This document shows positions 53,639-64,000 of a stretch of DNA of 64,000 nt, in pieces. The DNA is taken from positions 335,544,001-335,608,000 of the forward strand of contig OZ024741.1 of the NCBI GenBank assembly GCA_964016885.1, written 5' to 3'. The notes beneath the pieces are model-generated. The model was given only the letters and a program-made list of their open reading frames with translations, had not been told where the DNA came from and searched no databases. Each line of letters opens with the position of its first letter. Within the stretch, counting starts at the first letter, position 1. A program made the translations under genes and the position numbers. Source of the DNA: Eledone cirrhosa. Lineage: Eukaryota.

Positions 53639-54629
53639 GCATTTATACACATATATGTGCATATATATGCATTTATACACATATATATGCATACACATAC
53701 ACACACAGATATATATATATACATACACTGTACACATATATATGTGTGTGTGTTATATAGATTGACATTCAGGGATGTTTTAAATAACACTGCATATTAT
53801 TTTACATATATAATTATATTTAAATATTCACTTCTATCTGTTTATATATAGCATTCTCTACTTCAATATTTACCCATTAAAGTATTGAATTTAAATGTTT
53901 CCTAAAACTCATTAATTTGATCTATTGCTATATCTCAACATACTCCAATATACATTTTATAATTTACTTTCCTTTTTATTTAGAGTATTGTTTCTGACAT
54001 TATTTCCCCATCTGCTGAATACAAATACTCTTTAAAAGAACATTTGCCTAAATATGTGTAATGTAAATCTAATACTTATAGTCTTAAGAGATGCACACTG
54101 TTTTTGTTGTATTTTTTTCGTTTATTATTATTATTATTTTTAGAAAATTTTAAAAATTCTATTTTCAGCTGCTTCATTTAAAAATATTAGCCAGACTTAG
54201 CTGCAACACTTTTACTCTTTTTTTTTACACAATAATCAATGATTTGTTACTTTTCTAATTTTTGCTGATTGAATATTTTGCTTGTGTAATGAATAACTTT
54301 AATTAGGAAAAATTGTCAGTGCAACTTACCAAATATAAATGAAATGAAATCAAACGAATGAACACAGACAGACATTCAACTTTGATTAGAGTAACATCTA
54401 GTTTAACAGTAGTTTAAATGTTACAGTGAGCATCGTGAAACTACTATCAGCAGACATTAAATATATATATATATATATATATATATCATCATCACCATTT
54501 TAAGTCGATGTTTCCATGCTAGCATGGGTTAGATGGGTTGTCCTATTGTGGGCAATGGGACAACCCGTCTAACCCATGCTAGTGTGTAGACATCGACATA
54601 AAATGATGATTTATATATATATATATAGT

Positions 54630-55030
54630 GTGTGTGTATAGCAGTGTGGAGCGCTAGGGCATGGCAAGCACTACAGACGTCGTGGCCATCCACTGCAGCC
54701 AAGGAAGTCCCTGGTCGTGACGGTCCTCCGTACCACCAGTATCTGGCTTCTGCGGCTGAGTGAGTCGGACTGTACTGTGCACAGGCCCTCCCACTATAAA
54801 CCTTTCCCACACAGGTTTCTTCTTTAGCGTGCACTCCCAAAGCTCTGTGGCGAGAGGCAGAGGTAACAGGTGGCATCAGCAGCTGCCCCAAGCGATTCCG
54901 GTCTCTTCCCCTGCCCCCACTGTCCCCGGATCTGCAAGTCAACAATCGGCCGCCACAGCCATCTTCGCGCCCACGGCAGACGGGAACAACAATGAAGAAG
55001 ATGTCATCATCATTTTCGATGGACAACCAT
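54630..55030 (+). mobile_element. RTE (BovB-like) LINE 3' end with a C-terminal C2H2 finger
   Basis: FPCPHCPRICKSTIGRHSHLRAHGRREQQ* (54906-54995), then GTCATCATCATTTTCGATGGACAACCAT. GC-rich. Confidence 0.75.
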
Positions 55031-55490
55031 GTATACTCTTTTACTCGATCTGGCTGAGGCCATACTGGGGCACTGCCCTTGTTGCTTCACTTTCTATATC
55101 CAGCCAGTTGTTGGCTGGCCATTGATGTAGGAGGGAGTTTGTTGCTGCTGTCCTTAGGTTACCTTCATTCTGTGCTGTGGGTTCATCAGGGATCTTGTAT
55201 AGCAAAGTGTCAAGACTTTTCTTGAAAACATCAATATCCACATCATGCAAATCTCTCAAGCTTCTTGGCAGCTTATTAAAGAGAGAGGGTCCTTTGAACC
55301 CCAGACTATTGCAATATCTGCTCCTTACTCTAGATGTGAACGACTGGACTTTTGGCACTACACAATGACATCCTGTTCGAGAGTAGGTCCAGCCCTCAAT
55401 ACCAAAGTTAGGTGTCAGTCCTTCCAGGATCTTCCATATGTATACTACTCCATACCTCTCCCACCTTTATTCCAAGAAGAAGAGTTTTAG
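55030..55490 (-). mobile_element. CR1-group LINE 3' fragment
   Basis: RWERYGVVYIWKILEGL...NSLGFKGPSLFNKLPRSLRDL...FKKSLDTLLYKIPDEP...TNSLLHQ. Confidence 0.85.
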
Positions 55491-55544
55491 TTATAGATAT
55501 GTATGTATAGATATATATGTATGTGTGTGTATATATATCTATCT

Positions 55545-56530
55545 ATCCAGGGTGGGGAAAATTCCCAAGACCCATGGAGGAATTCTCTCCAGCAGTTTCT
55601 GTCCTTCATCATTGCTGGTATGTCTCATGTCTCCTGGAGGCCAGTGTCTATCATTAGGGCATCAACATATATCATCTTCAGTCTCCCTCTTCCAGTGTGT
55701 CCATGTAAGGGCTCCCACAGGACAACTGATTGCTCTGTCAACTCTGAATGTCAGTGAACATGTCCGCGTCTGTTTTGAGCTGACTTTTGGGAGACACTCG
55801 TACAACTCTGTGTACATCCTCAGTGCATACTGGTTAATGTTCAGAGCCATCCTCAGCATCCTTGTGTAACGCCCATCCACTCTCTGAGTGAGTCTCTTGG
55901 TAAGTATCCAAGTCTCAGACCCACACAGCAGCACAGACTCCACTTCAGCGACGAAGGTTTCAGGGTTTTAGGAAGGTCCAACATCCACACCAACCTCAAA
56001 CTGTGACATGCCACCCAGGCTTTGCTCTTCTTCTCCACTACATCATCCTCTGTTTTCCTAATCATTGCTCCCAGATACAAGAAGTCCTCAACCAACTTTG
56101 GTGGCTTCTTGCCCACATTCATAATCTTCTCTGGCTCATTCATGTTCTTCACCAGATACTTCCTCTTACTCTCATTCATTCTCAACCCCACGCTCATCAA
56201 CACAATCTCCATCTCTCACATCAACTCTTCTGCCTCTTTCACTGTGTTTGTCACCAGAACTATGCTGTCAGCAAATTCACCATCTGATATCATTTTAGTT
56301 TTAACTCTTCTGCTCTGAGCCAGTGATACAGTGAAGCCCAAATCCTGGTGTTTCTCCAGTGCAAGGCACATACAATAATCCACTGCGGTGATGAAAAGTT
56401 AGTGGGCCAATTTATCAACCTGGAGCACTTCAGCCAGTGTCTCAAAGAACTCTGTCATCCCATCAGGTGTGATGATTTGGGCTCTGGAGTTGGTGTAGAG
56501 CAGTGATATCAGGTCCACTATCTTCTTGTG
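55545..56530 (-). mobile_element. RTE LINE RT fragment, a distinct subfamily
   Basis: TPDGMTEFFETLAEVLQ, EFADSIVL, VGLRMNESK, VEDFLYLGA, ESVLLCGSETW and YTRMLRMALN, with stops and frameshifts. Confidence 0.88.
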
Positions 56531-56584
56531 TATATATATATATATATATAATGTGTGTGTGTATAATGACTGGATCCCGATGGA

Positions 56585-56740
56585 TATTAGGAGGTGACCA
56601 CAGTTGAAAAAGGTTCTCAATACACTAGTAGAATATAGGCATCTATATTTTGTATAGAAATGACTTCTAGCAGACTAGAATAGTTTCATGCATATGAAAT
56701 CATCAGGACATTCCTGATGATTTCATATGAATGAAATAGC
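56585..56740 (-). mobile_element. Short dispersed repeat ending in a hammerhead-like motif; possible Penelope-like terminal repeat remnant
   Basis: Homologous to ~33010-33130. The minus strand has CTGATGA-N12-GAAAC-TATTCTA-GTC. Confidence 0.4.
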
Positions 56741-57871
56741 TTTAATTTTAATCCTGTAGAAGTCTCCCCCCCCCCCCCCCCCAGTGAACAGTCTGGGTTC
56801 TTCAGTTTGGACAATAACCAAGAACCTCTCTAGTAGTGGGGTCAAGAAAATACATCCGGTACATCCTGTAAAGTGGTTGGCAATAAAAAGGGCACTATGC
56901 TGTAGAAACCATGTCAAAAAGGGCTGAGAGGAGGCTTCAGTTGTCTCAACAGTGCAATAACTTCTCTGGTTCTGGTGACCTACCCAATAAATACACATTG
57001 TAAAGTGCTGGTGTCATGATAAAATGCTCTCAATAGAAGACAGGATCATCTGTAAGAGAGATGTTGGCCAACAGCCCATCTGATGTGTCAGTTGTCCCAT
57101 TTGAGTACTGATTTGGTCAGTGAAGACCTGTTCACCTCTTGCTAGCTGGGAAAACAGATGTTAAATGATGATGATATATATGTAAAAACATATATTTTCT
57201 ATATAATACACAAATAGTATAAACATTGTGTTTTCATACAGCATATGATCTATTCTACATTATATATATATATATATATCATATATTTTCAACATAACAT
57301 ACATCTATATGGAGAATGTGTAGTATTCTAGAAAGCATACATACTATCTGTGTATGTGTGTATATATATAAATATATGTGTGTGTGTGCTTATATGTTTG
57401 TGTATATTGCATTTATATGTGTATGTGTTTATATATATATATATATATATATATATTCCACCTGCTTGTGGTTGGGCTGGTAATGTTGGTAGAACTCAAT
57501 GTGTCTTTAGAAAGATGGTTACAGTGAGATCATGTGATGTGACCAGTAGTTTTTTGTAGTAGCTGATCATCGCGTAAAGTTTCCTCAGAGAAGAATCTAC
57601 CCATGTTACAGAGCCATTTATGTATGTGTTTGTGAATAGAACAATGAAAACAAAACAGAAGTCAGGGTTAGGTAGTTAATTAATTCAATGTTTTACAATT
57701 GTTTCAGAGGGTTGATTGACCATGGAAGATTGATATATCAACTTGCTTGGTACCTATTTCTAGTCTCAAAATCCTTGTTTGATCGACCGTCTCCTTCAGA
57801 AACATTCATTGTTCTGTACACATACACACACATATATAATATATGGATTAAAAGTTTTGTGTCACTAATAC

Positions 57872-58108
57872 TTAGACATCTTAATGGTGGTTAGACATCT
57901 TAATCTTGTGGTTCTTCACCAGATGTGAGAGGTGGAGATTGTGTTGATGAGCGTGGGGTTGAGAATGAATGAGAGTAAGAGGAAGTATCTGGTGAAGAAC
58001 CTACCACTACAACCAATAAGACACCACCACCTACCACTACAACCAACAAGACACCACCACCTACCACTACAACTAACAAGACACCACCACCTACCACTAC
58101 AGCCACTA
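57872..58108. other. Patchwork templated insertion
   Basis: A 14-bp direct repeat, an inverted copy of 56144-56222, and about 3.5 units of the downstream 30-bp satellite. Confidence 0.8.
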
Positions 58109-59129
58109 ATGAAAGGATAAAATATACAAATTTATTATCAACTCAGAGAAGTAACTAAACGTATCAAACTTAAGCCAAAATATTGTTTCTTGATTCCAGA
58201 AACCATGGTTGGGGACCCTATATGAGTAAAACTGACTTGTTTTACACCCACAAATCAAGATTTTGGCTTAAGTTTAATAAGTATATGTATGTGTAAAGAC
58301 AGGTGCAGTGGTAGAGAAGGACATGGCAATGGTAGTGGGTAGACCCTGCAATGGTTGAGGGTGGCCCTAATATATATATATATATATATATGATACATTC
58401 TACATCATGTATATATAGTAAAGGCATTCTATACACATTCTAGATAATATATAATCTATATAGAATCAACATTATATATATGCAATTTATTCATTATGCA
58501 CATTTTTAAAGAACATTCTTATGTTTAAATACATTTCTAGAATATTTGCTAATATTTTATATTTCATTGATGTCTCATTACTATATCATATTTTTTTTTC
58601 TATTCATATCATTATGTATTGTTTTGTTATCATTATAATATCATCTCCTCTTTGTTCCTTTTATTCTTAATGTATAAGTTTTATTATCATACACATTATA
58701 TATATTATATTATATTCTTATTTATTTTGTATGATAGACATATCTAGAGTTATTACAAATGTTATATTATATATATATTTTTTTTTTTATATTCATCATA
58801 CTTTAGTTTCTATTTATCTGTATGGCATTCTTCTCCCCTGCCCTCACCAGCCCCACTGCTATCTCAATCTACCAAAATCATTTCATCACCACCTGCACTA
58901 CCATCACCACTGCAACAACCCCAACAAAACCATTTCTACCACCAGCACCAGCTATCACCCACCACCATCAACAAAACAACCACTGCTCACAACAACACCA
59001 TCAACAACACAAAAGCACAACCACCATCACCACCACCACCCGCGCAATGACAAAACAAAAAAGACACCACTATAAACAACACAACAATCAGCACTACAAC
59101 AGCACTACCATTACCAACAACAATCACCA

Positions 59130-62100
59130 CCACGACAACCAACAAGACACCACCACAAACAACAAGATGCCACCACCAGCCACTACAACCAAGACAACAC
59201 CACCAACAAGACACCACTACCTATCACTACTTCCACCACTACATCACCACCCAGAATCACAACCAACAAGACACCACCACCTAACACTACAACCAACAAC
59301 ACACCACCACCTACCATCACAACCAACAAAACAGAACCACCTACCATTACAACCGACAAGACACCACCATCTACCATTACAACCAACAAGACACCACAAC
59401 CAACAAGACACCACCACCTACCACTACAACCAACAAGACACCACCACCTACCACTACAACCACCAAGACACCACCACCTACCACTACAAGCAACAAGACA
59501 CCACCACCTACCACAACAACGAACAAGACACCACCACCTACCACTACAACCAACAAGACACCACCACCTACCACTACAACCAACAAGACACCACAACCTA
59601 CCACTACAACCAACAAGACACCACCACCTACCACTACAACCAACAAGACACCACCACCTACCACTACAACCACCAAGACACCACCACCTACCACTACAAC
59701 CATCAAGACACCACCACCTACAACTACAACCAACAAGACACCACCACCTACCACTACAACCAACAAGACACCACCACCTACCACTACAACCAATAAGACA
59801 CCATGACCTACCACTACAACTAACAAGACACCACCACCTACCACTACAACCAACAAGACACCACCACCTACCACTACAACCAACAAGACACAACCAACAA
59901 GACACCACCACCTACCACTACAACCAACAAGACACCACCACCTACCACAACAACACACAAGACACCACCACCTACCACTACAACCAACAAGACACCACCA
60001 CCTACCACCACATCCAACAAGACACCACCACCTACCACTACAACCAACAAGACACCACCACCTACCACTACAACCAATAAGACACCACCACCTACCACTA
60101 CAACCAACAAGACACCACCACCTACCACTACAACCAATAAGACACCACCACCTACCACTACAACCAACAAGACACCACCACCTACCACTACTACCAACAA
60201 GACACCACCACCTACCACTACAACCAACAAGACACCACCACCTACCACTACAACCAACAAGACACCACCACCTACCACTACAACAAATAAGACACCACCA
60301 CCTACCACTACAACCAACAAGACACCACCACCTACCACTACAACTAACAAGACACCACCACCTACCACTACAACCAACAAGACACCACCACCTACCACTA
60401 GAACCAACAAGACACCACCACCTACCACTAGAACCAACAAGACACCACCACCTACCACTACAACCAACAAGACACCACCACCTACCACCACAACCAACAA
60501 AACACCACCACCTACCACTACAACCAACACGACACCACCACCTACCACCACAACCAACAAAACACCACCACCTACCACTACAACCAACAAGACACCACCA
60601 CATACCACTACAATCAACAAAAAACCACCACCTACTACTACAACCAATAAGACATAACCACAACCAACAAGACACCACCACCTACCACCACAACCAACAA
60701 GACACCACCACCTACCATCACAACCAACAAGACACCACCACCTACCACCACAACCAACAAAACACCACCACCTACCACTACAACCAACAAGACACCACCA
60801 CATACCACAACAACCAACAAAACACCACCACCTACCACTAAAACCAACAAGACACCACCACCTACCACTACAACCAACAAGACACCACCACCTACCACTA
60901 CCACCAACAAGACACCACCACCTACCACTACAAACAACAAGACACCAACACCTACCACTAAAACCAACAAGACACCACCACCTACCACTACAACCAGCAA
61001 GAGTCCACCACCTACCACTACAACCAACAAAACACCACCACCTAACACTACAACCAACAAGACACCACCACCTGCCACTACAACCAACAAGACACCACCA
61101 CCTACCACTACAATCAACAAAACACCACCACCTACTACCACAAACAACAAAACACCACCACCTAACACTACAACCAACAAGACACCACCACCTACCACTA
61201 CAACCAACAAGATACCAGCACCTACCACTACAACCAACAAAACACCACCACCTACCACTACAACCAACAAAAAACCACCACCTACCACTACAACCAACAA
61301 GACACCACCACCTACCACCACAACCAGCAAGACACCACCACCTACCACTACAACCAACAAGAGACCAACACCTACCACTACAACCAACAAAACACCACCA
61401 CCTACCACTACAACCAACAAGACACCACCACCTACCACTACAACCAACAAGACACCACCACCTACCACTACAACCAACAAGACACCAGCACCTACCACTA
61501 CAACCAACAAAACACCACCACCTAACACTACAACCAACAAGACACCACCACCTACCACTACAACCAACAAAACACCACCACCTACCACTACAACCAACAA
61601 GACACCACCACCTACCACTACAACCAACAAGACACCACCACTTACCACTACAACCAACAAGACACCACCACCTACCACTACAACCAACAACACACCACCA
61701 CCTACCACTACAACCAACAAGACACCACCACCTACCACCACAACCAACAAGACACCACCACCTACCACTACAACCAAGACACCACAACCTACCACCGCAA
61801 CCAACAAGACACCACCACCTACCACTACAACCAAGAAAACACCACCACCTACCACTACAACCAACAAAACACCACCACCTAACACTACAACCAACAAGAC
61901 ACCACCACCTACCACCACAACCAACAAGACACCACCACCTACCATCACAACCAACAAGACACCACCACCTACCACCACAACCAACAAGACACCACCAACT
62001 AACAGTACAACCAACAAGACACCACCACCTACCACTACAACCAACAAGACACCAGCACCTACCACTACAACCAACAAGACACCAACACCTACCACTACAA

Positions 62101-64000
62101 CCAACAAGACACCACCACCTACCACCACAACCAACAAGACACCACCACCTACCACCACAACCAACAAGACACCACCACCTACAACTACAACCAACAAGAC
62201 ACCAGCACCTACCACTACAACCAACAAGACACCACCACCTGCCACTACAACCAACAAGACACCACCACCTACCACCACAACCAACAAGACACCACCACCT
62301 ACCACCACAACCAACAAGACACTACCACCTACCACTACAACCAACAAGACACCACCACCTACCACTACAACCAACAAGACACCACCACCTACCACTACAA
62401 CCAACAAGACACCACCATCTACCACCCCAACCAACAAAACACCACCACCTACCACAGCAACCAACAAGACGCCACCACCTACCACTACAACCAACAAGAC
62501 GCCACCACCTACCACTACAACCAACAAGACACCACCATCTAACACCCCAACCAACAAAACACCACCACCTACCATTACAACCAAGAAGACACCACCACCT
62601 ACCACTACAACCAACAAGACACCACCACATACCACTACAACCAACAAGACACCACCACCTACCACTACAACCAACAAGACACCACCACCTACCACCTACA
62701 ACCAATAAGACACCACCACCTACCACCACAACCAACAAAACACCACCACCTACCAGTACAACCAACAAAACACCAGCACCTACCACAACAACAAACAAGA
62801 CACCACCACCTACCACTACAACCAACAAGACACCACCACCTACCACTACAACCAACAAGACACCACCACCTACCACCACAACCAACAAGACACCACCACC
62901 TACCACTACAACCATCAATACACCAGCACCTACCACTACAACCAGCAAGACACCACCACCTACCACTACCACCAACAAGACACCACCACCTACCACTACA
63001 AACAACAAGACACCAACACCTACCACTAAAACCAACAAGACACCACCACCTACCACTACAACCAGCAAGAGTCCACCACCTACCACTACAACCAACAAAA
63101 CACCACCACCTAACACTACAACCAACAAGACACCACCACCTGCCACTACAACCAACAAGACACCACCACCTACCACTACAATCAACAAAACACCACCACC
63201 TACCACCACAAACAACAAAACACCACCACCTAACACTACAACCAACAAGACACCACCACCTACCACTACAACCAACAAGATACCTGCACCTACCACTACA
63301 ACCAACAAAACACCACCACCTACCACTACAACCAACAAAACACCACCACCTACCACTACAACCAACAAGACACCACCACCTACCACCACAACCAGCAAGA
63401 CACCACCACCTACCACTACAACCAACAAGAGACCAACACCTACCACTACAACCAACAAAACACCACCACCTACCACTACAACCAACAAGACACCACCACC
63501 TACCACTACAACCAACAAGACACCACCACCTACCACTACAACCAACAAGACACCAGCACCTACCACTACAACCAACAAAACACCACCACATACCACTACA
63601 ACCAACAAGACACCACCACCTACCACTACAACCAACAAGACACCACCACATACCACTACAACCAACAAGACACCACCACCTACCACTACAACCAACAAAA
63701 CACCACCACCTACCACTACAACCAACAAGACACCACCACCTACCACCACAACCAACAAGAAACCACCACCTACCACTACAACCAAGACACCACAACCTAC
63801 CACCACAACCAACAAGACACCACCACCTACCACTACAACCAAGAAAACACCACCACCTACCACTACAACCAACAAGACACCACTACAAACAAATAGAGAC
63901 CACCACCTACCACTACAATCAACAAAACACCACCACCTACCACTACAACCAACAAGACACCACCACCTAACAGTACAACCAACAAGACACCACCACCTAC
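59130..64000. repeat. 30-bp tandem array (CCAACAAGACACCACCACCTACCACTACAA)n, running off the window end
   Basis: More than 150 units with strong C/A strand bias. Register shifts at ~59395, ~59890, ~60655, ~61775, ~62695 and ~63780. Confidence 0.98.

Noticed and set aside
58822-63875. Long ORFs such as (WWCLVGCSGR)n, (GGGVLLVVVV)n and (QQDTTTYHYN)n
   Set aside because: They are translations of a stop-poor 30-bp satellite; they switch frame at indels and have no unique domains.

Overview
AT-rich, repeat-saturated animal genomic DNA. The tRNA-derived SINEs with (GAT)n tails, RTE and CR1 LINEs, and dense (TA)n/(CT)n/(CA)n microsatellites most resemble a coleoid cephalopod such as Octopus (inference from repeat content only). 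No complete host gene is visible. There is one plausible coding exon (33857-34134) and two candidate promoters (about 2.0 kb and 40.9 kb), so most of the window is probably intronic or intergenic. Main elements: a nearly full-length RTE LINE (9410-13075, minus) with three visible lesions and a C4HC3 PHD-type finger inside its reverse transcriptase; a deleted sister copy (1-1706); a GC-rich CRE-clade retrotransposon relic (30133-32372) with an N-terminal PHD-like finger and its RT core deleted; further RTE/CR1 fragments; dozens of SINEs; TTAA- and TA-type MITEs; many fold-back hairpins; several minisatellites; and a 30-bp array of about 5 kb that runs off the right end. I see no clear new multi-gene system. 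The best leads are the PHD fingers in two unrelated retrotransposon clades, an RTE/SINE-tail family that recurs at (TA)n tracts and seeds tandem repeats, long dsRNA-forming fold-backs, and a locally templated patchwork insertion at 57.9 kb. Coordinates were read by eye, and repeat edges are approximate.
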